A DNA stretch of 57,852 bases, filler included, from Catajapyx aquilonaris (Eukaryota), in assembly GCA_000934665.2 (NCBI GenBank). It is 2 parts of 2 records of this genome, joined end to end, with 100 filler letters (N's around TTAATTAATTAA, not from the genome) between each part and the next. Parts side by side here need not be neighbours in the genome. Positions count along the whole stretch, not along the records: positions 1 to 28,879 come from JYFJ02004851.1; positions 28,980 to 57,852 come from KZ539233.1. One strand, given 5' to 3'. Positions 22,465 through 34,639 of this stretch are shown here, piece by piece. A model generated the notes under the pieces. That model was not told where the DNA came from. It did not search any database and saw only the letters and a list, made by a program, of their open reading frames with translations. How positions within the stretch are numbered: the first letter of the stretch is position 1; every line of letters starts with the position of its first letter. The translations under genes were made by a program, and so were the position numbers.

Positions 22465-24429
22465 CTACAGTGTACGTGAAGCCTTTAAAAATTTGAATTT
22501 TGAGTGAGGCACCATTTCTGCAAAAAAAGCCATAATGCTAACTCCCAAAAATATGCACAGTAATGTAAATGAACCTTTCATTTGACCTATACCCAGAGCC
22601 ATGGATATGTCGTACGATTTATTCTTATTTCTGGCATCGGTCAACCCCATTCTAAAAAATGCCTGCACATATTCATACAAAAATCTCTCGTAAATATACC
22701 CCTCTGTGGCGTACATCTGAAGCCGTCCAAAAATTGGAACAAGTAGTGAATACTTAGGAAATCCGAATCCACACAGTATCGTTATAGATGTTTCATCCAT
22801 GATATCCACAGCCTCTCTTCCCAACTTGTCTATTTCCTGATAGGACATGGCTAGAAGTTGTTCTGTGCCAGCAATACAACCGAAGTCTTCATAAATAGCC
22901 TTACTCAAGCAATCCTTCATTTCTCCAGCACTCAGCAAACGTTCCTTCAGTATATGGTGATATTCCACCTCAGATTCAGCAATGAACATGTACATATACT
23001 GCATCAGCCAATCCAAAATCCCCCATTGCCACTTGGGCCAGGTCACCAGCTCCTTGTAATTGCTAGGAAGAGTTTCAGTCTGAGGAGAGACTAGAAAGCC
23101 AAAGAACTTGGCTTCGTAAGCGCAAACAATCAGGTCACAAAAGAGCCACCAGAAAATGATGAGTACTCGGAGCGAATCAGAGGTCGGTATGAGGTTAGGA
23201 TTTTCCTCAATCAGGGCAGAGAAAATGTAACGAAATGAGTACAGGATGAGCCATCTAGGCGGGTCACTGTCAAATGGGCTTCCTATAGGTCCGTGAAGTT
23301 TCAAGAGAATCAGAAAAATAAGGCTAGTTAAACAGGCTGTTAGAAATATCATACCCCACATTCCGGTTGTAAATGGCAAAGCAATGGCGAACCAGGAGAA
23401 GTTCCTGCGAGGCTTGCGACGTAGGAAATTTATCTCGCTCCGGTAAAAATTGTTTGGGATGTCTATGACTTGGATGACGTCAGCTCTCGACATTCCAGAT
23501 GAAATGTCAGCTCTTCTCTGCACCAGTTCTCCGGCCATTCCAGTCCAATTTCCGTCGGGTAGCATCGTCTCAGCGTCTTGTCCAGGCCACACTGGCGTCT
23601 GGTACATGCGCCAATCGTAATTGAGGGCTTCTCCTGCAGGTAGGTACATCCTCAGGTACGGATGCACAGGCATTCCACTTTCCAAGTTGGACTTGATCTC
23701 ATCAGGTGTGCCAGGTAAGGGAAATGATCCGTTCAGGTATCTACCATGAAGATTGCGAGTAAAATCCGGGTACAATTCCAGACCATCAGGAATAATTCCG
23801 TGCTCAGAGGTGTACTTTCCTCTTTGGACAACTGTAGCATTTCCGTAATCGCAATAATGACAGTTGTTACTTATGATCAAAGAGTTAGAACCGTCGTCGT
23901 AAGCGAGTCCCATTTGATGCAGGAAGTTGTACTCACTGTGCAACATATCATTGCTGACGTCTGAATCTGGGTTGTGGTATACAAACATGTTTCTTCTGGG
24001 ATCCAGACGAACGATGCTGGCCACGTGCTTGATCAGAGGCTCAAAGTTGTCCTTGTGGTACATAAGAACAATGATGGCACAGTTGGACAGGCGAACCGAT
24101 GTGTTACGTTCCAGCCAAGAGAAGAAATACTCAAAATTTCCAGGACCAGAGTTCGGGCTTGTAACAGGTGTTGCCTCTGTCCATTGGATGGGGATTGATA
24201 TACCTCCCGAGTTACTCACTTCCTTCAGCAACTGAGTTGCTGATGGGTGTGTTGAGTTATCGTATCCCAGCACGAGCAAGCAATTGTCGTTTCTACGATG
24301 CAACATGCCCACAAAGGAAGTCACCAGCTCATATTCTCGGTTGTAGTAGGAATTAAACGTAATCACTGCCTCGTTTTTGGCGAATAGTGACAGACCAATC
24401 GTGGCCAATAATAACACTAGTTTGTGCAT
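22465..24429 (-). CDS. Divergent ionotropic receptor (IR), intronless, 654 aa
   Basis: Same architecture: DGNWTGMAGELVQRRADI, PFTTGMW, IFSALIEE, YEAKFFGFLVSP, LGIGQMKGSFTLLC; clear paralog of the other two. Confidence 0.93.
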   Translation of the reverse strand: MHKLVLLLATIGLSLFAKNEAVITFNSYYNREYELVTSFVGMLHRRNDNCLLVLGYDNSTHPSATQLLKEVSNSGGISIPIQWTEATPVTSPNSGPGNFEYFFSWLERNTSVRLSNCAIIVLMYHKDNFEPLIKHVASIVRLDPRRNMFVYHNPDSDVSNDMLHSEYNFLHQMGLAYDDGSNSLIISNNCHYCDYGNATVVQRGKYTSEHGIIPDGLELYPDFTRNLHGRYLNGSFPLPGTPDEIKSNLESGMPVHPYLRMYLPAGEALNYDWRMYQTPVWPGQDAETMLPDGNWTGMAGELVQRRADISSGMSRADVIQVIDIPNNFYRSEINFLRRKPRRNFSWFAIALPFTTGMWGMIFLTACLTSLIFLILLKLHGPIGSPFDSDPPRWLILYSFRYIFSALIEENPNLIPTSDSLRVLIIFWWLFCDLIVCAYEAKFFGFLVSPQTETLPSNYKELVTWPKWQWGILDWLMQYMYMFIAESEVEYHHILKERLLSAGEMKDCLSKAIYEDFGCIAGTEQLLAMSYQEIDKLGREAVDIMDETSITILCGFGFPKYSLLVPIFGRLQMYATEGYIYERFLYEYVQAFFRMGLTDARNKNKSYDISMALGIGQMKGSFTLLCIFLGVSIMAFFAEMVPHSKFKFLKASRTL

Positions 24430-25921
24430 GTTTTTACGTGATTGGAAATGATGTTATTTCACCTTATGGGCACACCTGTTGCAATATCTAGTGTCAGTGC
24501 TGAACTGAATTGTGACACTAACTTCCTGCTTCCTGCGTTTCTTCTGCTAGAAATGCACCCCTATTACTTCCTAGGTCAATAATTCTGTGTCGCAATCCGT
24601 CATTTTAACTGATCGCATTAGAAACGTACGTCATAGGTTCTCATTGAAGCGGAACTTTTCCATTACCAAGTAATGGGAACTATGTAATAGGGTACTACTA
24701 TAGAGAACCAATATTTAAAGATATCGAATTAACTGCTTTCATAAGTGCGTGCTGATTACACGTTTTATGTTTGATAGCCACTTATCTATGCATGAACAAT
24801 TTTAAAGGGCATTTCCTTTGCTAGGAATGACTATTTGGCATCTCTTGCGCAATAAATCAATCAATCATTCAAAAATGTATCAATATGTGCTCATATAACG
24901 GACAGATGTGGCGAAATTCGAGAAATAAAGCTCTGCAAGAGCTCCAGTATTATTAAATTCAATATCATCGACCAAAGTGATCTATGACAATGTGACCTAT
25001 AATTTAGACTGTATTTTGGCTACGTTACTTTTCATGTCGAATAATGGCACAATTCCTAGCCTGATTAAATGAAATGGAATAACGTCACCCCGTCAAAATT
25101 TTGGTTATCCACTGATAACATATCTATTATCTAACATTAGGAGGGAGGAGAAAGGAGGGACAGAGGAAAAAAGAGATTAACATCCTGCACATAAATGCTC
25201 CAATTTAATTAACATATTGTGTAAAACTACATTTTTCTGTGAGATGAGTACAGTAATGGAAATATATATACTGTGTTCCATGTTGCATTCCATAATATGC
25301 AATTATAACTAGCAACTAGAATGCAAGTGTGGAGAGGCCATCGCTCTGATAACTGTTCACTTTTGTGTGCCGCTAATTCGAGTGACTTGGAAGATTTCTT
25401 GTCTACGTAAATACTTTCCAGTGACATGACCTACTCGACTGGTGCTTTGTAAGAATGGGTTGGAAAAATTATCAAAAATTGATACAGTATAATTATGTAA
25501 CAACACTCGTGTCATTGCAGGTTACAGGAACAGTAAAGATACAGGGTAAGTTTCTTAACAATTTCTCTAGTTAGAATTACATATCAAAAATAGCCAACAA
25601 ACAAAAAAACACGAGTTTGATTGTGGCTACATCCCATTATCACACTCTAGGAATAATATGCTGCTAAAGGTAACTTAGAAGGAAGAAAAATCCACCTACA
25701 CTGTGCATCAGATACCCTGTACTCTTTCCAAGTCATCAAAATATTGCAAAATATACTATAAGCAGTAGCAGTTGCTGGAGGATAAGCATTATAATAAACA
25801 ACTAAAATAATGACGTAGCCTATATATTTAAAACATTCCACGGAGCCAGAACACTTTCAAATATTTTCAGTGCAGTGCTAATGACATTGGATGTTCTACA
25901 CAATGCCATACTAAGTCAGCT

Positions 25922-27916
25922 TCATCTTATCTGCAGTTCTTCGTCAATGATGTGCTTTAAAATTATTGAATTGTTCTTAGGTCGATTTGATTTAAAATTC
26001 ACGATTTCTGCCCCAAAAACCACAATGCTTGCCCCCAACAGCATGCACAACAATACAAACGAACCTTTCATTTGGCCAATGGCGAGGGCCATGGAATATG
26101 CAAATGACCTGTTGCTCTTCCTGGCTTCCTTCAGACCCATTGTGAAAAAAGCGTGATAGAAATCGTGCCTATACTTGAAGTACAAGCCCGCCTCAGGGAC
26201 ATACATCTGAATCCTGGCAAAAATTGGGACGATCGGAGAATACTTGGGGAAAGCGAATCCGCACAGTATTGTTATGGAAGTCTCGTCCATAATATCCACA
26301 GCAGTCATCCCTTCCCAGTCGATTTCCAGGTAAGAAGTGGCGTGTATCAACTCGGTCAGCCCAATACAACTGAAGTCCTCACCAATCGCCTTCAGCAAGC
26401 ATGACTTCATATCGCCCCCATTCTGAAGCTTAGGTTTCAGAGCATGATGATATTCCACCTCAGATTCAGCAATGAACATGTACATATACGGAGCCAGCCA
26501 ACCCAGTATACCCCACTGCCACTCAGGCCAGTCAACCATCTCCTTGAAATCGTTCGGCAAAGACTCCATTTGTGGGGACACCAAGAAGCCAAAGAACTTG
26601 GCCTCATAAGCGCAGACAACCAGGTCGCAAAATAGCCACCAGAATATGATTAACACTCGAAGCGAATCAGATGTCGGCATAAGGTTTGGATTCTCCTCAA
26701 TAAGGGCAGAGAAAATGTAACGAAAAGAGTACAACGTTGTTGACTCTGGTGGACGGCTGGCAAAAGTGCTCGTGAATGATCCGTGTGTTTTTAAGAGTGA
26801 TAGAAAAATTAAGCTGGTAATCAGTGCTGATGCAAAGATCATCACCCACATGCCGGTTGTGAATGGCAAAGCGATGGCTAACCAGGAGAAGTCTCGGCGA
26901 GGCTTACGACGGACAAATGTAACTGCGCTTTTGTAAAAATTGAACGGGATGTCTATCACTTGGTTGATGTCAGCTCTGGACATTCCGGATGAAAAATCAG
27001 CTCTCTTCCGTATAAGTTCTCCAGCCATTCCGGTCCAGTTTCCGTCAGGCAGCTGTTGTTCAGCATCCTCTCCAGGCAGAGTAGGGGTCAGATAAATGTG
27101 CCAATTGTAATTGAGAGCGTCTGCAACAGGGCCATAAACCCTGACGTATGGATGCACGGGTAAACCGTTGGCTACATTTGATTCCATTTCGTCAGGCGTA
27201 GTCGCTATGGGAAATGTACCATTCAGATGTCTTCCGTGAAAATTTCTGGTGAAAGCCGGAAAAAACTGCAGATCAGCTGGAATGATTCCATGCTCAGGTG
27301 TGTACTTTCCTCTCGGCACAACTTTAGCATTACCATGGTCACAGTAATGACAGTTGTTACTTATGATCAAAGAGTTGGAACCGTGGTCGTAAGCGAGTCC
27401 CATTTGATGCAGGAAGTTGTACTCACTGTGCAACATGTCATTGCTGACGTTTGAATCTGGGCTGTGGTACACAAACATATCTCTTCTGGGGTCCATCCGA
27501 ACGATGCTGGCCACGTACTTGACTAATGGCTCGAAGTTGTCCTTATGGTACATAAGCACAATGATGGCACAGTTGGTCAGGTGCACTGACGTGTTACGTT
27601 CCAGCCAGGAAAAGGCATATTCAAAATTTCCAGGACCAGAGTTAGGGCTTGGAACCGGGGATGATGCGGTCCAATGGATAGGGACCATTACGCCACCATA
27701 ATGGCTAATTTCTTTCAATGTATTCGATGCGTATGGATGTATCGCGTAGTCGTGGGCTAGAACAAGTAAACAGTCCTCCTTGGCGTGATGAACTTTCTTG
27801 ATAAATAACGAAATCATCGCCAGGTCATTTGTATTATTTTTGGGAGATAATAAAATTACTGCAGCGCTTTCTGCCAATAGTGACATCGCTAACAATGTTG
27901 CAACTGTTGCTGTCAT
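25922..27916 (-). CDS. Divergent ionotropic receptor (IR), intronless, 664 aa
   Basis: DGNWTGMAGELIRKRADF, PFTTGMW, IFSALIEE, YEAKFFGFLVSP, LAIGQMKGSFVLLC; tandem paralog closest to 22465-24429. Confidence 0.93.
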   Translation of the reverse strand: MTATVATLLAMSLLAESAAVILLSPKNNTNDLAMISLFIKKVHHAKEDCLLVLAHDYAIHPYASNTLKEISHYGGVMVPIHWTASSPVPSPNSGPGNFEYAFSWLERNTSVHLTNCAIIVLMYHKDNFEPLVKYVASIVRMDPRRDMFVYHSPDSNVSNDMLHSEYNFLHQMGLAYDHGSNSLIISNNCHYCDHGNAKVVPRGKYTPEHGIIPADLQFFPAFTRNFHGRHLNGTFPIATTPDEMESNVANGLPVHPYVRVYGPVADALNYNWHIYLTPTLPGEDAEQQLPDGNWTGMAGELIRKRADFSSGMSRADINQVIDIPFNFYKSAVTFVRRKPRRDFSWLAIALPFTTGMWVMIFASALITSLIFLSLLKTHGSFTSTFASRPPESTTLYSFRYIFSALIEENPNLMPTSDSLRVLIIFWWLFCDLVVCAYEAKFFGFLVSPQMESLPNDFKEMVDWPEWQWGILGWLAPYMYMFIAESEVEYHHALKPKLQNGGDMKSCLLKAIGEDFSCIGLTELIHATSYLEIDWEGMTAVDIMDETSITILCGFAFPKYSPIVPIFARIQMYVPEAGLYFKYRHDFYHAFFTMGLKEARKSNRSFAYSMALAIGQMKGSFVLLCMLLGASIVVFGAEIVNFKSNRPKNNSIILKHIIDEELQIR

Positions 27917-28879
27917 GGTGAGTTATTCTACTTGTACCTTAAAAGTGTATTTCCGTATATGTGAGGTTGATAGCTACACCAAGTTATGAATATTGTACGC
28001 GCTTGCAGGACCTTCACTGTCACAGTCTTTTGTGCAACTGCACTTTGCAAGTGACTAGCCATGTTTTCATTGAAGGTATGCGGTTGCTTGAAAAAAAAAG
28101 GTTTCTATCACGTTGCTATAACAGTGTCTGATGCAGCGAATGTGGAACAATTTACCATCTGATACCTACTATTAGAGTAATGCAAGATTGTCTGCGCTGA
28201 AGAGTCTCGCGAAACGTTACGTCAATCTCCAAAATCAGATAATGTGACTTTTAAAAGAATATAATGTGGGGAAGCCTCTACTGAAAGATATCTGATTGAT
28301 AGCCTCATTTCAAAAAAAAAAAAAATGTAATGGGGGTGGTACAATGGGGCGAATGCCCCAAAAGAATGGTGACATAATGGGGAAATAAGGCCATAACCAC
28401 TGCAGTGGGCATTATATTAAGCTCTACAAAGACTACCTTTTATGTACCAGCCTGCAATTTTGTTTCGTCTCTGGAGCGCAATTGAAAGGTCACATGACAC
28501 AATCCACCAAGTCGATATTGCTATGTGGGGACTTATCAAAATCCCCTATAGTGACCTCAGATGTATACTACAATGAGCTTGAAGTTTAAATTGACAATAT
28601 TACAATGTAACACTTTTACTTCAAATCAATTGTGATCCCAAGATTTTTCACCAAGCTCATAATTTCGCTCTGTTGTGTCGTGAAATTAGAGAAGTGCAAA
28701 GGGCTAATAAGTTGCAGTAATTTTATTATTACTTAAGCTTACTATGTCTTCATAAGTTATATTACATTATTTACAATGTGTATGTCGTATATGTGATCCG
28801 GGGTGGTCACAGATCCGGGCAGGAACGTAGGGGGAGGGAGCAAGCAAATCAACGTCTGCACACATCGCTGGCTTTCACT

Positions 28880-28979
28880 NNNNNNNNNNNNNNNNNNNNN
28901 NNNNNNNNNNNNNNNNNNNNNNNTTAATTAATTAANNNNNNNNNNNNNNNNNNNNNNNNNNNNNNNNNNNNNNNNNNNN
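28880..28979. other. Artificial assembly spacer
   Basis: Exactly 44 N + TTAATTAATTAA (stops in all six frames) + 44 N = 100 bp. Confidence 0.95.
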
Positions 28980-29049
28980 ACTGGACTGGACAAAAACCCT
29001 GGTCGCGAACCAAACTTTTCTTGAAAAAAAAAAAACTGCTAGTCTCGCA

Positions 29050-29210
29050 CCAAACTTTCTGAGTTGAAAATACAGGCTCACGCCATAATATGACGCAATC
29101 GGAATTGCAGAGGCACCATCCCTAGCGGCCATGAATTTTCCATGCCATTTATATTAAAATATTATCTTCACATAATCGGAATCGGGTGTTCCACTCTTAA
29201 TTTCTATGCG
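29050..29210 (-). pseudogene. Cadherin-repeat remnant block
   Basis: KSGTPDSDYVKIIF*YKWHGKFMAARDGASAIP resembles SG...LDYE...Y.L.V.ARDGG.P. Confidence 0.5.
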
Positions 29211-30899
29211 ACGTGTGATTGGGAATAGTGTTTTGGACAAGACTACCTGACTAAATTATCCAAACAGGCTCATAGCATATGGCGGCTAATTCAAACAGTC
29301 TGATACAATAGCTAATTAAGCATTCCCATTCAAGTTTATACAGGCCTGGAGGATCCACCGAGGTTTGAACTCGGACCGTTGGACTCCCGCTGAACTAGAT
29401 TTTCTTTATGCTTAGAGACGTAACTAATGTGTGTGGCTAGCTCATGTGTGCACAATCAAATTAATGAGGGCTTCATTTAACTCGTCTACCATAGCAGCCA
29501 ATGACGTACCAGCGGCTTAATTGAACCACTTGTTGCGTGGCTGTTTTCGACACTTCACCAGACAGTTTACGACTCTCGTTCCATTCACAACAGAGAGGGG
29601 GTTTGGGGTGGGAGGTGGTGGTGTGGAAAGGCTGTTCCACTATAGGGGTGACTATCCGGTCTCTAAATAACGATGCACTTGTTTTGATTCCTAATACGGG
29701 TGTGGACTTCCGCGTGAGAAAAACGGCTTCTGGTGGAAATTATCATGTAATCGAGTAGCCTGGTTTCAAACACAGAAATGTTGTTGGTACTTGTCGCAGA
29801 CAGATCGATGCCAAGTTGCCTTTGACCTCATAAATGCTTGTAACATTCATGCCCAGCGCATAAAACAAAGAACGATCCTATATGCAATAGTATACTGAAC
29901 AGTATATAGGCATGGAGAAAATTACGTACTGTGTTGTATCAGCATACGAGCTACCTTCGATGAGGCTATATGAAGGAAGGATTAACTGCTATTATGAAGG
30001 GGGTTTGTAAATCCTGCCCATGAAGTTGCGGTAGGGGCAGGTTGGGAACAGGCTCGGAGAACCAATTCACACGTTCCGTTTTGTTGAACACAACTTTGTT
30101 GCATCTGATGTCGGCGTAGCTCAACCGCTGTACCGACCTGCAATGAACAGTTGCCACCAACTGCTCTTCACGCCTCCTGCCCGACCTTTCTCATCTCAAA
30201 CAGTTTCAACGTTGGTTTCAACAGCGCTGTAATGATATATGCCATAAGTTTGGCAGGTGCCGAACACTACATATAGTTCCAAAACAACCCACCTATCGGC
30301 TATCCTCGTGAACACTCTTGAAACTCAGCAATGCATAATGTGCTTTAAAATCACTACCTGGAAATCTCACTTTTTCAGTGTAAAGTAGTCCTGATTTTTT
30401 ATAAGGGCAAATATTAGTTATTGAACTATAGGAGGGTAACCATTTTAAAAAGCGGAAGTATTTTTGTATTCATAAAAGGGTACACATGGGCGCCCCTGTA
30501 ATCCTAGCCTATTTTACTTGATTAATATTGTGAAACTTAACTATTTTACTGGACTGACAGTTTTACCTTCTGAGAAGATCCGCTAAGGCCATTCCATTTC
30601 TAATAAAGCGTGCTTTGATGTTTCATCATTCACCTTAAATCTATCAATAACTAATCTTTGAGCAAAAGTGGACATAGCCGCCTTTTCCACCCAACTTCTC
30701 AATATTGGACAGATATTAGTCACCTACTGTAATGCGGCGCAGTTTTTCATCCTCGTCCCCAAATCACTGCATTGAAACGTTTCACCCGCGTCCCTGTTAC
30801 GTCAGGAGAAGCCTAAATTATGGCATGTAATCCGGATGGGGTTTTCCATTCTCCTTTCTACGCTTAACTCACAAATAACTGGCTCATCGTCAACTGGGA

Positions 30900-31490
30900 T
30901 AATGCAAAGCAGAAAAATCCCCCATCCCATTCCATAATTCGAAGGTAACAAGGCCTAGATAAGCCAGTGGTCCATTCCCAACACCACAAACCCTCACACA
31001 CGATAGTGTTCCAGGAAAGGCCATTAATCCCCGTTGGTTATCCATTTTAATTCCGGGAAACGTCATCACCTATCTCCGAACACGGTGCACACACGTTGCC
31101 GTCTTTGTCCAGTTCCCACAGTTGGTATTTTTTGGTTGTTACATCACCACATGTTGGCCTGTGGTCCTCAATGTCACTAGGGCACATCTGGGTCGAGCAT
31201 GGTCCGACAAATAGCAAACAAACGACTTTGACCAAATTCAGCGATCAATATGTTGGAGAGCTAAGAAAACATTTGCAGGAAACTAAATGTCCAGGTTGTT
31301 CCAGAATAGTCGATGGGTGATAGAAGCACTCGTCTGGCCGCCTGCACTACCTCAACTTCCGACTTTTTATTTAGTTGTCAGTGGCGTCGCTACCGCTATT
31401 TCAGTGCAAGGTCCGTCAAAATACAGTGTTCCATTGATGTTGCCACCCAACAAAGTTGTGGGTGCATGCAAACAATGCCGTGGAACTATA
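30900..31490 (-). pseudogene. Cadherin-repeat remnant block
   Basis: LLGGNINGTLYFDGPCTEIAVATPL; SDIEDHRPT; GINGLSWNTIV...WTTG. Confidence 0.65.
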
Positions 31491-33429
31491 CAGAAAATAG
31501 TCCTTTGACATTTTGCGATAACATGCATCAGTACTTACGTGGTGCAAACATTAGTGCTTCTCAGCCACAGCCTTTACCTACTAACCAGATATTTCACCAT
31601 TTCGCAATGATTTACGTTAGTTACAGATTAAGAAACTGAAGTCATAGGCTTCTAAATAGGTCGATCAGGCTACGATTTCGTAACGGGAGATCCCCCACTT
31701 TTACCTATACTCACCTAGGGGTGTATCTGCTGAAGGATAGGTATGGATCCGCCAGGAAAAAGTGCTAGGTCATGGCATAGGTTGGTGCAGTGTGCCCCTA
31801 TACCTGCCACATTCTGTCTCCTATTACGAAAGTCCTTCCGTCGATCATCCGTACGACATTGGTCACATCGGACTGACATTTAGAATTTCATATCCGCTTT
31901 TCCTAATCCAAAAGCGATTCTACCAGCATACTCTTACTCATATCAAAACAACAAAAAATTCCGGTTTTGCATAGTCGGAAAAGTGACAAAATCTCTTCAT
32001 TCATGGCTTCTCTCATGTTGAATACAACAAAGATACGGGTATGACGTATTGCACCTCTACCTACACATCAGACAGCTTCATAACATGTTGAGTGCATGTG
32101 TTCCCATAACTCCGTTCCCCATAAAAAGTTAATATCTGAACACTTCTACTCACGTTTCATTAGAATGAATCATCAACTTCGGGACGAAAACATCTGAAAA
32201 TGAGAAAATAACACTGAGATAAATATTATTTACAAGTTACATAAAATTATTCCCAATTACACCCAGGTGGTTGGATATAGCAGCTGATATATTATTGGGC
32301 ACCTCGATCGGGGCTGCACAATAATATAATTATTTTGGGCAAGTATTGCGATAGCCTACCCAAAAGGACCCCAATTCCTGGAACACACTGTATATCCTAA
32401 ATATTTGTGATACACTCTATCTGTACGCAATGATTCAGTATAGTATAGCAATCCTTATGATCTGACAATACAATCCTGCGTTGAAAGGCCACTTCATCAT
32501 AAATCCACCCAAAATGTGCCGATCATAATAATTAATCTGCGTTGAATCATTATCGCGTTGAAGCTATTCACTATACGGTAATCAGAACACTGACCTGATA
32601 TGACGACGAGTGTGAAAGTAAAATGTCAGCCAGGACGATTGTGAGGAGAAAATAATAAGAACTTACGGGTAGTATGATACGTGTGTGAGAAAGAACGCAT
32701 AGAGGAAACTATCCCCTTTAACTTGCTGATTCAATGTATCTCGACCCTGGTTACAAAGACAGCTGCTCATAAAATCTGTGTTTAATATTTCACTATTTCA
32801 TTGCTTTAGGCCTTCTCGAATCGGAGTGTATAAATGAGGTACTGAGTGGGTTGTTTTCACAAAATGGCGAAAATTTAATTGAGACCATGTAGAGTATACA
32901 CGGTGATGCAATATTCCCTTAAGGGAGGGTGGGGCAAGAGTAAGCCCTAAAGAGACTCGATATTACTGTTAAATAGAGGAAAATAGGTCACGGTACTAAT
33001 ATAGTTACGATAATTATCCAACAAACATTAATTTCCATCAGTTACTTTAACGATAAAAATTATATGAATGATCTTTGGTTTTTTGTTGACGTGTTGCTTA
33101 CTGATCCTACTGATCACTATTAAAAGGTCGGCATGTTATTACGAGTGCCAAAATACACACTACCAAGAAATACAAGATGTTTCCTTATTCGTTGGAGTTG
33201 TCAGTGTGTTTCAACTTCCGACGATGCAATAAACATCAATCAAAGACTGACATCACTATTGACCCAGGCTGCCTTCCGCAATCATCAACGAATTATAGTT
33301 ATGCTGTCTAATGATGTAATAAGCCTATACGAGGATAGACGCTTAGGTTAACAAGCCCTTATTTGACCAAACAGCAGACTTTGTGCATCTCATTTAGCCA
33401 GGTCAAAGAACGCGACATTTATAGCGTTG

Positions 33430-33850
33430 TTAACCATCGACCGTTGAAAAGACCCAGCTATTCGCCTGCACCTGGTTGGTATTCAGGGTGACATCTTGGA
33501 AGCAATTAAACCTGTTTGGTTAATCCCTCAGTAGAGACTCTACCGTAAACAACGAGTCTAAAGGAGCTGTAGGAATCTGGTCATGCGAATTGAGCCGTAC
33601 GTCCGACCGAACTGGCAGTGTCCAAAGAAAACACTTCAGATCGAGAAACGTGTTTGGAATTTCTCTCAACAGTTCTTCCCACCCTGTCGTCGATAAGAGT
33701 GGAGCAACAGGCTAGAGGACCCAGCCACAGATTTTGAAATGGCCGTATATGAGGTGCATGGTTGCAAATATGAAAGCCTTCTGCTGTGCAAACTGCTGCT
33801 CCCTTATCTAGGACACAGCGTGCATGAGTTGCATTCAAGTGCAACGAAGC
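33430..33850 (-). pseudogene. Cadherin-repeat remnant block
   Basis: VLDKG; ICNHAPH; VFSLDTASSVGRT; SFRLVVY. Confidence 0.6.
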
Positions 33851-34639
33851 ATGTGACTCCTGGACCCAGCTCCGTCAAAGCAAGTAGTAATGTCTCAGGA
33901 GCATGCAAAGACTACCCCTTCGCATAGCTAATCAGGTGCGGGAGGAGGTGGGAGGCTTATCAAAGTGGGCTTGCTGCCACAAGCTATGCTCTCTAGCAGC
34001 CGCAGGGGCCTCCTAAACACACCGCTGCTTCAGAACAAGGCAGTCTATTCATCAAATAATGACGACTTAGGTCGTAACGTAACACACAATAGTGTGGGTT
34101 AGAATTACGTAACGCTGTTCTCAACTTCTGCCCAAACATGTTCTGGCTTGCTTGTGTCGGTCGGAGAGCCCCAAAAAGAGGCATAACAGTGATTCTGTTA
34201 ACGTTATGCAACATTCAAGAAACAAACTACCGTTACGTAACACTCCCACTGAAATCGAGTTATATATTAATTTGGTACACGGCTCCAAACAAGTACCTGT
34301 CCAACCACCTAATTAACACCAACTGCACCGCAGAATAGCCTAATATATAGCCCGCTGTCAGTTCTAACGGAAAAAAAGAACACCCCTTTCCTCCAACAAT
34401 CCCCTAGGCACCTGAGAGGAAAGAAAAACTGAAGATTAAAAACCGGTGAGGTGAAAAGTTTGATAAAAGCTTAATTTTCCTAATTTTCAGTGTTTCGACC
34501 CACGCCCTCTCTCCAAGCTTTCCTCTCTATCGGCTGCAGCCATCCTCCCAGAATGATGGCCTCCTGTGTAGGTAGGCCCCTAACGATCGGCCCCATTTCC
34601 TTACGCCGCTACTATTAGGTAATTACCGGCCTGGTTGGT

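Noticed and set aside
17660..27701. Short antisense and alternative-frame ORFs overlapping the IR genes
   Set aside because: Shadows of the real coding frames, with no recognisable domains
29348..29385. tRNA T-arm-like sequence on the minus strand
   Set aside because: Only the 3' part is present, no cloverleaf; at most a SINE fragment
31180..31450. WNT and TMLDP words suggesting a hAT transposase
   Set aside because: Scattered across frames; GGNINGTLYFD...EIAVATPL and DIEDHRP fit cadherin better
33480..33680. Plus-strand EAIKPV...WQCPK resembling a Mutator/Kolobok-like transposase
   Set aside because: Needs several frameshifts; the minus-strand single frame with NHAP and FSLDTAS fits cadherin better
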